Notes: generated from the sequence alone by a model not told the origin. A DNA stretch of 64,000 bases from Patescibacteria group bacterium (GCA_041651095.1 JBAZJV010000001.1:147835-211834); one strand, 5' to 3'. Shown: positions 35,682 to 44,285, numbered from the stretch's first letter. A program made the numbers and translations.

Positions 35682-36887
35682 ATGCCTATTTTCAAATATC
35701 AAGCGGAGGATGCGAGCGGCCGGAGCCGCCGCGGCCAAGTCGTCGGCCTGTCCGAGGCGGAAGTGACCGCCAAGCTGCGCAAGCAGGACTTGAACGCGAC
35801 CAGCATCCAGGATGTGACGAATACGCCGTTAAGCCGTTTTTCCCGCTTGATCGCGCCGGTCCGCGCCAAGGATCTGGTCATTTTCGCCCGCCAGTTCTCG
35901 GTCATGATTTCTTCCAATGTCCCGGTGGTGGAATCCCTCTTGGTGCTGGTCGATCAGACGAACAACCTGTCTTTGAAGAACTTGATCGCCGACGTCGCCT
36001 ACGACGTCAACGCCGGCGCTTTTTTGTCCGACGCTCTGGCCAAGTACCCGAAGATCTTTTCCGAATTCTTCATCAATATCGTCCGCTCCGGCGAAACTTC
36101 CGGCAAACTGGATGAGGTGCTGAATTATTTGGCTGATGAAATGGAAAAGAATTACGACATGGTTTCCAAGATCCGCGGCGCCATGATTTATCCGGCCTTC
36201 ATCATTACCGCCCTCTTCGGCGTCGGCATCGTACTGATGGTCTACGTCATCCCGAACCTGACTTCCATTTTGACTGAAACCGGCGCGACTCTGCCGCTCT
36301 CGACCCGGCTAGTGATCTGGACTTCCAATTTTCTGATCGATTACGCGGTGCTCATCGTCATCGCCTTGGTTATTATCATCATCTTGGTCCGTCTTTATCT
36401 CCGGACCTATGCCGGCCGCCGGAACGTGGATAGCCTGAAGTTGCGCCTGCCGATTTTCGGACCGCTTTTCAAATACATCTATCTGATGCGTTTTTCCCGT
36501 TCCTTGTCGACGCTCCTGAAGGGAGGCGTGACCATCACCCGCAGCTTGGAAATCGTGGCGGACGTCGTCGGCAACCTGGTTTATCGCGAATTGATTCTGG
36601 ATACTCTGGAATCGATCAACGACGGCAATCCTTTCGCCACGGTTTTCGAGTCCAGCAAGTACGTTCCGAAAATGGTGCCGCAAATGATCGCCGTCGGCGA
36701 ACGGACCGGCAAAATAGACGCGGTCCTGGACCGGATTACGATCTTCTACACCCGGGAAAGCACCAATATGCTGGACAATCTCAGCAAGCTGATGGAGCCG
36801 CTCATCATGGTCATCATGGGCATCGGCGTCGGCGTGATGGTCGCCGCGGTCCTTCTGCCGATGTATAACCTGGCCAGCCAATTCTAA
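35682..36887 (+). CDS. pilC: type IV pilus platform protein PilC (GspF family)
   Basis: 401 aa with a duplicated GspF-type domain (FARQFSVMISSNVPVVESL, FSRSLSTLLKGGVTITRSL) and three TM regions. Confidence 0.9.
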   Translation: MPIFKYQAEDASGRSRRGQVVGLSEAEVTAKLRKQDLNATSIQDVTNTPLSRFSRLIAPVRAKDLVIFARQFSVMISSNVPVVESLLVLVDQTNNLSLKNLIADVAYDVNAGAFLSDALAKYPKIFSEFFINIVRSGETSGKLDEVLNYLADEMEKNYDMVSKIRGAMIYPAFIITALFGVGIVLMVYVIPNLTSILTETGATLPLSTRLVIWTSNFLIDYAVLIVIALVIIIILVRLYLRTYAGRRNVDSLKLRLPIFGPLFKYIYLMRFSRSLSTLLKGGVTITRSLEIVADVVGNLVYRELILDTLESINDGNPFATVFESSKYVPKMVPQMIAVGERTGKIDAVLDRITIFYTRESTNMLDNLSKLMEPLIMVIMGIGVGVMVAAVLLPMYNLASQF

Positions 36888-36900
36888 TTTACTCGGGATA

Positions 36901-36929
36901 TTGTGGTTTCCGAGCTCGGCTGTTATAAT
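36901..36929 (+). promoter_or_regulatory. promoter TTGTGG-N17-TATAAT (with TGt extended -10) for pilin gene 1
   Basis: TTGTGG 36901-36906 and TATAAT 36924-36929 preceded by TGT. RBS TAAGGAGA; ATG at 36961. Confidence 0.6.
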
Positions 36930-36960
36930 ATAGTGGTAAGGAGAATTAAAGAAAAAAAGT

Positions 36961-37443
36961 ATGTCTAAAATTAATCCCCGCCTGCCTCTGCTGACGGTTA
37001 ATGCGGCTGCTCGCCTGCGCGGCTTCACGCTGATCGAGCTCTTGGTAGTCATCGCCATCATCGGCCTGCTATCGACTCTCTCGGTCCTGGCCCTGAACAC
37101 GGCGCGAGCTAGAGCGCGTGACGCCAAGCGCGTCGCGGACGTGAAGCAGATTCAGACCGCTCTGGAAATGTATTACAACGACGTCGGCTCTTACCCGGCG
37201 ACGGCTTCGGTAGCTGCCGGTGCGGCCATTTCTACGACCAACGGCGTTTACCTGTCGGTCGTGCCGACTCCGCCGACCCCGTTTGATTTCACGACCGGCA
37301 ACTGCGTGGGTCAGCCCGAGTACACCTATACCGCCGACGGCTTAGCCCCTTATTCCACTTACCACATCAACTACTGCCTGGGCGCCCAGACCGGCGGCGT
37401 GAGCGCCGGCGCCAAGACCGCGACTCCGGCCGGTATCCAGTAA
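36961..37443 (+). CDS. type IV pilin (prepilin with a 21-aa leader)
   Basis: 160 aa. MSKINPRLPLLTVNAAARLRG/FTLIELLVVIAIIGLLSTL is the class III signal, cleaved at G/F with Glu at +5. Confidence 0.85.
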   Translation: MSKINPRLPLLTVNAAARLRGFTLIELLVVIAIIGLLSTLSVLALNTARARARDAKRVADVKQIQTALEMYYNDVGSYPATASVAAGAAISTTNGVYLSVVPTPPTPFDFTTGNCVGQPEYTYTADGLAPYSTYHINYCLGAQTGGVSAGAKTATPAGIQ

Positions 37444-37446
37444 ACC
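37021..37446 (+). repeat. pilin duplication, copy A
   Basis: 37021-37403 is identical to 37630-38012 (383 nt). A ~20-nt variable patch follows, then the copies are identical again through the stop codon. Confidence 0.95.
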
Positions 37447-37476
37447 GTTCGGCATCGCCGTCCTCTGCCAGATTCG

Positions 37477-37505
37477 TTGTGGTTTTTCGGGCGGTGTGAT
37501 ATAAT
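37477..37505 (+). promoter_or_regulatory. promoter TTGTGG-N17-TATAAT (with TGa extended -10) for pilin gene 2
   Basis: TTGTGG 37477-37482 and TATAAT 37500-37505 preceded by TGA. It has the same -35 hexamer and adjoining TTT as the pilin-1 promoter. Confidence 0.55.
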
Positions 37506-37611
37506 CATAAATAACTACAGGCGACAGAAGTGCGTCTCCATTTAAAATAATTTAATTTTTCAATTAGCGCCGGCATTAGCCGGATTGCGGTTGAGATAAC
37601 GCTACATATTT

Positions 37612-38052
37612 ATGAGCAAAAATCAAAAAGGCTTCACGCTGATCGAGCTCTTGGTAGTCATCGCCATCATCGGCCTGCTATCGACTCTCTCGGTCCTGGC
37701 CCTGAACACGGCGCGAGCTAGAGCGCGTGACGCCAAGCGCGTCGCGGACGTGAAGCAGATTCAGACCGCTCTGGAAATGTATTACAACGACGTCGGCTCT
37801 TACCCGGCGACGGCTTCGGTAGCTGCCGGTGCGGCCATTTCTACGACCAACGGCGTTTACCTGTCGGTCGTGCCGACTCCGCCGACCCCGTTTGATTTCA
37901 CGACCGGCAACTGCGTGGGTCAGCCCGAGTACACCTATACCGCCGACGGCTTAGCCCCTTATTCCACTTACCACATCAACTACTGCCTGGGCGCCCAGAC
38001 CGGCGGCGTGAGTTCCGGTCTTAAGACCGCCACTCCGGCCGGTATCCAGTAA
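37612..38052 (+). CDS. type IV pilin (prepilin with a 7-aa leader)
   Basis: 146 aa. MSKNQKG/FTLIELLVVIAIIGLLSTL. The mature part is identical to pilin 1 except SAGAK versus SSGLK near the C-terminus. Confidence 0.9.
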   Translation: MSKNQKGFTLIELLVVIAIIGLLSTLSVLALNTARARARDAKRVADVKQIQTALEMYYNDVGSYPATASVAAGAAISTTNGVYLSVVPTPPTPFDFTTGNCVGQPEYTYTADGLAPYSTYHINYCLGAQTGGVSSGLKTATPAGIQ

Positions 38053-38055
38053 ACC
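37630..38055 (+). repeat. pilin duplication, copy B
   Basis: See copy A. The offset between copies is 609 nt. Confidence 0.95.
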
Positions 38056-38085
38056 TCGGTTAGCAAAAATTTATCACAAGAAAAG

Positions 38086-38118
38086 TCCGTCGCACGGCCA
38101 GTGTCGGCGGGTTTTTTT
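38086..38118 (+). terminator. intrinsic terminator after pilin gene 2
   Basis: GC-rich hairpin TCCGTCGCAC-GGCCA-GTGTCGGCGGG (one bulge) followed by TTTTTTT. Confidence 0.65.
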
Positions 38119-38149
38119 GCTTGTTTGGCTTTTATGTTATACTGGCAAT

Positions 38150-39184
38150 ATGGAAATTTTTACTTTCGGCGACACTTTCAAGGATAAGTCGGCTTGGGAT
38201 GGTTTCGTCAAAAATGCCGGTGACCCGACTGGCGTCGTTCAAGGAGCAACCCCGCCGCCGGGCGGGGAGTATCTGCAGTCCTGGGAATGGGCCGAGATTT
38301 GGCGTGCCGGCGGCCAGGCCGTCAAGCGCTTTGGCTTGCGCGATAAAGGTAAAATCGTGGCAGCCGCGGCCGTTATCAAAGCGTCTCTACCCCTAGGGCA
38401 GCACTATTGGTATGCGCCGCGCGGACCGGTTTTTAGCCCAGACCTGCCAACTGACGCCAAACACTTGGCCAGCTATGTGGATGTCCTGAGCCGGGAATTG
38501 CGACGGCAGGATCCGCGGGCGATTTTTTGGCGCCTGGAGCCGGCTATCTATAGAACCGCGGGAGAAGTTTTGCCCTGGCTCAGGACCGTCGACCGGCAGC
38601 CGGCGCAAACTTTATTTTTAGATTTGTCGCCGAGCGAAGCCGAGCTGCTTGCCGCCATGGGACAGAAGACCCGCTACAATATCCGGCTCGCTGAAAAGAA
38701 AAACGTACGGATAAAATCTGGTCAAGCAACCGATTTTCCGGAGTTCTGGCGGCTGCTGCGATTGACCGGGGAACGGGACGGTTTCCGCACCCATACCCAG
38801 GAACATTACCGGCGCTTGTTAACGGCCGCGAACGGATTTATCAGGCTCCGCCTGGCCGAATATGAAGGCCGGATTATCGCCGCCGGACTATTCTGTTTCT
38901 GGGGCGGCCGGGCGACCTATTTGCACGGCGCCTCCGACAATGAGTACCGCAATGTGATGGCGCCGTATCTCCTGCAGTGGTCGGTCATTAAGGAAGCCAA
39001 GCAGTCGGGCGTCCGATGTTATGATTTTTACGGGCTTGATGAGCGGCGCTTCCCGGGCGTGACCCGGTTCAAACTCGGTTTCGGCGGCGAACGTTTCAAT
39101 TACCCCGGCACTTATGACCTGGTTTTCCGTCCGTCGACCTATCGGCTTTATGACCGGTTGCGGCGGCTGAAGCGGTCGATGTAA
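38150..39184 (+). CDS. FemAB family peptidoglycan interpeptide-bridge aminoacyltransferase
   Basis: ATG at 38150; the track start at 38117 is a TTG. Motifs YLQSWEWAEIW, TRYNIRLAEKKNV and YLHGASDNEYRNVMAPYLLQWSVIKEAKQSG..YDFYG. Confidence 0.8.
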   Translation: MEIFTFGDTFKDKSAWDGFVKNAGDPTGVVQGATPPPGGEYLQSWEWAEIWRAGGQAVKRFGLRDKGKIVAAAAVIKASLPLGQHYWYAPRGPVFSPDLPTDAKHLASYVDVLSRELRRQDPRAIFWRLEPAIYRTAGEVLPWLRTVDRQPAQTLFLDLSPSEAELLAAMGQKTRYNIRLAEKKNVRIKSGQATDFPEFWRLLRLTGERDGFRTHTQEHYRRLLTAANGFIRLRLAEYEGRIIAAGLFCFWGGRATYLHGASDNEYRNVMAPYLLQWSVIKEAKQSGVRCYDFYGLDERRFPGVTRFKLGFGGERFNYPGTYDLVFRPSTYRLYDRLRRLKRSM

Positions 39185-39186
39185 AT

Positions 39187-39212
39187 AAAAATCTCCCCGG
39201 CGGGGAGATTTT
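39187..39212 (+). terminator. intrinsic terminator
   Basis: AAAATCTCCCC-GGC-GGGGAGATTTT: a perfect stem followed by a T-run. Confidence 0.8.
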
Positions 39213-39280
39213 ATAGATTCCGTTGCGGTCTTGAAGTATTTAGAATCAACTCTGACATTGCTATAATTATATCATCACTC

Positions 39281-39757
39281 ATGCTAGAGATCAATAACAC
39301 GACGCGGCAAAAAATCAATCCGGCGGCCACTGAAAAATTGGTCGATCGTTTTTTGCGCGCCTATAAGCAATCTGGAGCAGAGGTTTCTCTGGCTATTGTC
39401 GGTGATGCCCGGATGAAGAGCCTGAACCGGACTTATCGGGGCATTGATAAGACGACCGATGTTTTGTCTTTTAGCCCGGACAAGCCCGGAACGGACCGAG
39501 GCGGACGCCGAGCCAGGCAGTATCTGGGCGAAATCGTCATCAATATCCAGGAAGCGCGCCGGATAGGGAAATATCGTCAAATGTTAGCCGAATTAAATTT
39601 AAACATTAAAGGTCGGAAATTAAAAGATTATCTGTTTTATTTCTTGCTCGTCCACGGTCTGCTGCATTTAATCGGCTACGACGATACGACAGATCATGCC
39701 CGGCGCAAAATGTTGCGCCTGGGCCGGGAATTTCTGGAAAAATATCAAAAATTCTGA
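39281..39757 (+). CDS. ybeY: rRNA maturation endoribonuclease YbeY
   Basis: 158 aa with the HGLLHLIGYDD zinc-binding motif and TDVLSF. A TGcTATAAT element lies 14 nt upstream of the ATG. Confidence 0.9.
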   Translation: MLEINNTTRQKINPAATEKLVDRFLRAYKQSGAEVSLAIVGDARMKSLNRTYRGIDKTTDVLSFSPDKPGTDRGGRRARQYLGEIVINIQEARRIGKYRQMLAELNLNIKGRKLKDYLFYFLLVHGLLHLIGYDDTTDHARRKMLRLGREFLEKYQKF

Positions 39758-39793
39758 AACGCTGGCAGCGAAGATGCCGGCTGCCTGCCGACG

Positions 39794-39816
39794 CCGCCCC
39801 TAGAGGCGGTTTTTTA
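39794..39816 (+). terminator. intrinsic terminator
   Basis: CCGCC-CCTAGA-GGCGG followed by TTTTTT. Confidence 0.65.
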
Positions 39817-39866
39817 ATTCCAAAAAATCCGGAAAAATGCTATGATTAAAGCATTAAAGACTGATA

Positions 39867-41300
39867 ATGATTATCCGGCCTAAAATTAGAATTATCATCC
39901 TCATGGCGGTAGCGATACCGGTTTTTTTCGCGGCTAAAACCGCCGCCGCGGTTTCCTATATCCACGGCGCGGCCTGGTGGAGCGGCCAGTCGCAATATCT
40001 GGCGATGGACTGCATCGATGATGTTTCCGGCGACCGCTTTGACGTTCCCGGCAATCTGACCACGCCGCCGGGTTTCGCGTTCTATTCCGTCCCTTGCACG
40101 AATATCGTCCACCACGTCTCCATAGACGATAACGGCAATTTCGCCGGCGAGGCCTGGAATTATACCAAGGGCCTGATCACCTTTGCTGCGACGACCACAC
40201 CGCCGGATAATTATGCCTTCAGCGCCAATTGTCCGGGCACTTGCAACGGCAGCAACAGCTGTTCGGCTTGCTATAACGAAAGCACCCAGCGGGTCTACGG
40301 CTGGGCGCGGGTCTTAAGCGACGGCACCTGGATCAGGCTGGACAGCGCGCCGACCGCGACCCGGACGCCGGTCGCTATCCAGTCCTGGGATCTCAGCAGC
40401 CCGGTCCTGCCCGGGCATGGCATCCAGCCCGGCGATTTTGTCGGTTACGCCACTACGACCGATGACGTTATTAGCTTCAACTGCGAAAGCGAATGGAACG
40501 GGCTGAGCGTCGGCAATTGCGCTACACGCAACTATAAGGCCTATGTCAGCAACTTGGAAATCGGCCATTTGTCGGCGCCGAATTGGAGCTATAGCGAAGC
40601 CTGCGATTTCGGCGCGCGGAAAGTCGTCCTGAAATGGCTGCTCGGCAGCGGCACGCAGACTGCCTATCGGATCATCATCAATACCGTTAACGCCACTTCC
40701 AGCCCGGTTTTTGACAGCGGCAAGCAGGTTGCGGCCGATGCCCGGCAGCTGACCTGCCCCAGCGCGCTCTGCGTGAACGCCCTGGATTCGTTGATTTGGA
40801 CGCCGGCTTATGGCACCAATTACTATTGGTGGATCCAACTTTGGGACGGCGATGACCAGCCGACGACCTGGTATCAATTCGGTACGCTGGACGGCCATAA
40901 TGGCAACCTTGACGAGTCGACCGACGGGAATCCGGACGGCAACAACAAGACCTTCACGACTTACGCCCATGAATTCCCGAATCCTTTCTTTACCTGGGAG
41001 CCGACGGATATCCTGGTCGGGACGACCACTAATTTTACCAGCAACTACTACAGCGGCACGCCGCTGCCGCGCAGCTGCTACGGCAACTGCACTTACCTCT
41101 GGACGACGAGCGATCCGCAGGATACTATTGATAGCCCCTATGGCGCCACGACTTCCATCAAATTCTTCCATAAGTCGACCAATACCGTAGTCACTTTGCG
41201 CGTTACAGACGCCAATAATTACTATTGCAGCACTTCCACTTCCTTGACCATCAATTACGGCCTGCCGATCTGGCGTGAAGTCAAGGCGGAAGAATATTAA
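39867..41300 (+). CDS. secreted hypothetical protein heading the pseudopilin cluster
   Basis: 477 aa with a signal/anchor (IIILMAVAIPVFFAAKTAAA). Degenerate aromatic repeats occur (HGAAWW, GEAWNYTKGLITF, YGWARVLSDGTWIRL, VGYATTTDDVISF). The 363-aa antisense ORF is a GC shadow. Confidence 0.65.
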   Translation: MIIRPKIRIIILMAVAIPVFFAAKTAAAVSYIHGAAWWSGQSQYLAMDCIDDVSGDRFDVPGNLTTPPGFAFYSVPCTNIVHHVSIDDNGNFAGEAWNYTKGLITFAATTTPPDNYAFSANCPGTCNGSNSCSACYNESTQRVYGWARVLSDGTWIRLDSAPTATRTPVAIQSWDLSSPVLPGHGIQPGDFVGYATTTDDVISFNCESEWNGLSVGNCATRNYKAYVSNLEIGHLSAPNWSYSEACDFGARKVVLKWLLGSGTQTAYRIIINTVNATSSPVFDSGKQVAADARQLTCPSALCVNALDSLIWTPAYGTNYYWWIQLWDGDDQPTTWYQFGTLDGHNGNLDESTDGNPDGNNKTFTTYAHEFPNPFFTWEPTDILVGTTTNFTSNYYSGTPLPRSCYGNCTYLWTTSDPQDTIDSPYGATTSIKFFHKSTNTVVTLRVTDANNYYCSTSTSLTINYGLPIWREVKAEEY

Positions 41301-41310
41301 ACCGAATGTT

Positions 41311-41913
41311 ATGAAGGATAAGCGGCGACAACCAGGATTCACGCTGATCGAGATGATCGTCAGCATCAGCATCATCGTTATCATCACGGTTTTGTTCATC
41401 GTCAACTACCATTCGACGGACAAGCGGACCGACCTGGCCATGGCCGCCCAGAACCTGGTCGCCGATTTGCATCTAGCCCAGAATAATACCCTGGGATTGG
41501 TGAAATATAACGGCGATATCGGCGGCGTGCCGCCCGGCGGCTGGGGTATCAGCCTGGATACGGCCAGCACCAGCTATGTCATGTTCGCCGACTTGGACCA
41601 GCCGGCCTCGCCCGGCCACCCCAGCCCGGGCTACTTGAAATACGATCAGTCCTCGGAAGGGAATGTCCGTTACGGCGCCCGGGTGACACCGCTGCCGCCG
41701 CAAATAGAGATCGCCGAACTCCGGACCGGCACCGGCGTGCTCAATAACCGCGTTAACGTCAGCTTCCTGCCGCCCGACCCGCAGACCAATATCTACCGGG
41801 TGGATGCGGCGAGTACTTCGACGGTCCTGGAAATCAAGTTGCAGGAAAAACAGAACAATACTACTAAGACCGTCCGGGTGAATTTTTTGGGCTTGATCGA
41901 AGTCATTGATTAG
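41311..41913 (+). CDS. pseudopilin / minor pilin (prepilin-type N-terminal cleavage/methylation domain)
   Basis: The ATG at 41311 gives MKDKRRQPG/FTLIEMIVSISIIVIITVLF. Confidence 0.8.
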   Translation: MKDKRRQPGFTLIEMIVSISIIVIITVLFIVNYHSTDKRTDLAMAAQNLVADLHLAQNNTLGLVKYNGDIGGVPPGGWGISLDTASTSYVMFADLDQPASPGHPSPGYLKYDQSSEGNVRYGARVTPLPPQIEIAELRTGTGVLNNRVNVSFLPPDPQTNIYRVDAASTSTVLEIKLQEKQNNTTKTVRVNFLGLIEVID

Positions 41914-41917
41914 CCAT

Positions 41918-42406
41918 ATGAAAAAAGGATTCTCGCTCGTGGAAATAATCACCATTCTCTTCATCGTTTCGCTGGCTCTAGTCGGCATATTGTCTTTGCT
42001 TATCCAGAACATCCAGAGCCAGAGCTACAACAAGAACAACCTAATCGCCTACCAATTGGCCCAGGAGGGCGTCGAGCTGATCCGTAAAGTCCGGGATTCT
42101 AATTGGCGGGGGGCTAAGCAGCCCTTGAACCAGGTTTTTCAAAACGGGCAATTTTATATGGATTATCAGGATGCGTCTCCTCAGCCCTATAGCGGCTACG
42201 CGCCGGAATTGTCTTTGAAACAGGATAGTAACGGCTTTTATTTCCATGACACGGCTAGCGCGGCGCCAGACAGCGGCTTCCGACGCTTAATCGTTTTACA
42301 GAATGTCAGCGCCACCTCAATCCGGGTGATTTCCCGGGTTACCTGGACTGATCATCAACGTAATTATGCCTATGATTTGGAAACGATGCTCTATGACTGG
42401 CGCTAG
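41918..42406 (+). CDS. pseudopilin / minor pilin
   Basis: The ATG at 41918 gives MKKG/FSLVEIITILFIVSLALVGILSL. Confidence 0.8.
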   Translation: MKKGFSLVEIITILFIVSLALVGILSLLIQNIQSQSYNKNNLIAYQLAQEGVELIRKVRDSNWRGAKQPLNQVFQNGQFYMDYQDASPQPYSGYAPELSLKQDSNGFYFHDTASAAPDSGFRRLIVLQNVSATSIRVISRVTWTDHQRNYAYDLETMLYDWR

Positions 42407-42971
42407 ACCGGGCGGCGGCCGCTTCGGAAACTGCCGCGCGGCCGGTTTTTCCTTGATGGAAGTCGTGATGTCGGTGACCATCTTCGTCGTCATCATCCTG
42501 TCGGCTACAGGTATTTTCAAGCTGGTCATTGACAGCCAGCGGAGCGCGCTCGCGGCGCAGAATGTCCAGGAGAGCCTGAAATATTTCTTCGAAGTGGTGG
42601 ATAAGGAAATCCGCATGGCCCAGATCAATAAAGGGGTCTGTCCGGGCATCCCGAATAACCGGGTATATACGGTCACGACCGGTTCGCTCGGCGACAGCTT
42701 GTCTTTCCGGAACTATTATAACCAATGCGTGACTTATTCCCTGGTAGCCGATGGCACTAACCAGCGCTTCCAGGTCAGCCGCAACGGCATCGCCGATTTT
42801 ATCTCGCCGAAGAAAATCAAAATAGATACTCTGCACTTCATCCTTAACGATCTGGGCGCGGTTCAGCCCATGGTTACCTTGAATCTACGGGCGCATGCCT
42901 TGGACCAGGAGAAGTTCCAGTCGGATATGGTTATTCAGACCAGCCTGACCTCGCGGTATTATAAGGAATAA
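42393..42971 (+). CDS. pseudopilin / minor pilin
   Basis: The ATG at 42393 gives MTGARPGGGRFGNCRAAG/FSLMEVVMSVTIFVVIIL. It overlaps the previous gene by 14 nt. Confidence 0.7.
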   Translation: MTGARPGGGRFGNCRAAGFSLMEVVMSVTIFVVIILSATGIFKLVIDSQRSALAAQNVQESLKYFFEVVDKEIRMAQINKGVCPGIPNNRVYTVTTGSLGDSLSFRNYYNQCVTYSLVADGTNQRFQVSRNGIADFISPKKIKIDTLHFILNDLGAVQPMVTLNLRAHALDQEKFQSDMVIQTSLTSRYYKE

Positions 42972-42972
42972 T

Positions 42973-43350
42973 ATGATGAATAAATTGGCTATTATCAAAA
43001 GAAAAAAAGGCAGCGCCCTGATCTTAACCATGTTCATCATGTCCGGCATGCTGATTGTCGCGATGGGCGGTGCCTACGTAGTCTGGCTGGGCATCAAGGC
43101 CGGCGGCATCCAGGCCCAGTCGACCAAGGCTTATTACGCGGCCGAAGCCGGTGCCGAACGGTTGCTCTACGAATTAAACTATGGCTCCTATGTCTATGGT
43201 GCTCCGTCCCTAGCGAGCATCTTTAGCGATACCCTGAACTCCGGCGCCGTCTATGACGATTATTTCATCTCGGCCCCGCCCCTAGTCTTCCAGGCTATCG
43301 GCGACTATCAGAGCACGAAACGGAGCGTGGAAATCCGCTTCGGAGATTGA
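42973..43350 (+). CDS. PilX-like pilus-associated protein (hydrophobic N-terminus without Glu5)
   Basis: 125 aa. KKGSALILTMFIMSGMLIVAMGG followed by AYYAAEAGAERLLYEL is the pattern I associate with the PilX N-terminal domain. Confidence 0.55.
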   Translation: MMNKLAIIKRKKGSALILTMFIMSGMLIVAMGGAYVVWLGIKAGGIQAQSTKAYYAAEAGAERLLYELNYGSYVYGAPSLASIFSDTLNSGAVYDDYFISAPPLVFQAIGDYQSTKRSVEIRFGD

Positions 43351-43384
43351 CCGATGATTAGCGGTTTTTTGCCCTTATTTTTCC

Positions 43385-43413
43385 TTGGCAAACTACTCGG
43401 GAAATGGTATAAT
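43385..43413 (+). promoter_or_regulatory. promoter TTGGCA-N17-TATAAT (TGg extended -10) giving a leaderless transcript
   Basis: TTGGCA 43385-43390 and TATAAT 43408-43413 preceded by TGG. The ATG at 43420 begins 7 nt after the -10 element. Confidence 0.6.
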
Positions 43414-43419
43414 TTGGAT

Positions 43420-43671
43420 ATGGAAAAATTTGCTAAAAATCGGCCATATTTGTTTTGGTCGACCACTAATTACCGGTCATTGTCACCGGCAGTGATTTTA
43501 GAAAATACCCTAAATTACGGAGATTTTTCAGATGTGCAGGAGTTGATGAGAGGGTTAGGGAAAAATCGGGCCGCTCTTATTTTTCGGCAACAACTGAAGA
43601 GCAAAAGGCATAATTATCAGCCGGCCGTAGCTAATTACTTTAAACTCTATTTCCGGAAATATGCACCTTGA
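43420..43671 (+). CDS. small hypothetical protein, upstream partner of the AbiEii-like gene (possible antitoxin)
   Basis: 83 aa from the ATG at 43420. A longer form from 43354 is possible but would contain the promoter. It overlaps the next gene by 11 nt. Confidence 0.5.
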   Translation: MEKFAKNRPYLFWSTTNYRSLSPAVILENTLNYGDFSDVQELMRGLGKNRAALIFRQQLKSKRHNYQPAVANYFKLYFRKYAP

Positions 43672-44272
43672 TATCTTGGCTGCCAAACAACAACGCCTGT
43701 TGCCCTGGCTGAAAGAATTCCGGCCAGATTTCGGTTTGGTCGGCGGCACGGCCTTGGCTTTGCAAATCGGCCACCGCCAGTCGATAGATTTTGATCTGTT
43801 CACTTGCCAAGAATTCGATAACTTAACTCTGCAACGCCGAATCTTCAAAAAAGAAAAAATCAGCAAAATTTTGGTTGACCAGCAAGGCGAGCTAACCGTT
43901 GTAGTCAAGGGCGTTAAAATCACTTTTTTATATTATCCTTTCAAGATCAGCTTTGCCGTGCCTTTGGCGAGCACTATCAAGATGGCGGACATCCTGACCA
44001 TCGCGGCTCTTAAAGCTTACGCCTTAGGGCGCCGGGCCAAGTGGAAAGACTATGTGGATCTATACGTGATTTTAAAAGATTTTTACACTCTACCGGAAAT
44101 AGTTAAAAAAGCCGAACAAATTTTTAAAAATAATTTTAACGAAAAAATCCTGCGAGCCCAGTTGGCTTATTTTAAAGATTTGGATTATTCGGAAAAAGTC
44201 ATTTATCAGCCTGGATACAAGATGGCCGACGCCAGCATCAAGAAATTTTTAACAGCCGTTAGTTTATCATAG
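43661..44272 (+). CDS. nucleotidyltransferase, AbiEii/DUF1814-like (type IV toxin-antitoxin toxin family)
   Basis: 203 aa. FGLVGGTALALQIGHRQSIDFDLFT matches the GGTAL....G.R.S.D.D signature as I recall it. Later AALKAYALGRRAKWKDYVDLY is also present. Confidence 0.55.
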   Translation: MHLDILAAKQQRLLPWLKEFRPDFGLVGGTALALQIGHRQSIDFDLFTCQEFDNLTLQRRIFKKEKISKILVDQQGELTVVVKGVKITFLYYPFKISFAVPLASTIKMADILTIAALKAYALGRRAKWKDYVDLYVILKDFYTLPEIVKKAEQIFKNNFNEKILRAQLAYFKDLDYSEKVIYQPGYKMADASIKKFLTAVSLS

Positions 44273-44285
44273 GCTAATTGTTTTA

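Noticed and set aside
36309-37127. 272-aa minus-strand ORF
   Set aside because: It spans the end of pilC, the intergenic promoter and the start of pilin gene 1 on the opposite strand. This is a shadow ORF.
36961-38052. Near-identical pilin copies, and giant-gene repeats, considered as a diversity-generating retroelement template/variable pair
   Set aside because: The ~20-nt variable patch differs at C, G and T positions, not specifically at adenines. No reverse transcriptase gene is present in the window.
40314-41405. 363-aa minus-strand ORF
   Set aside because: It is antisense to the 477-aa secreted protein and to the start of the first pseudopilin. It has a Arg/Ala/Gly-rich low-complexity translation and no start context.
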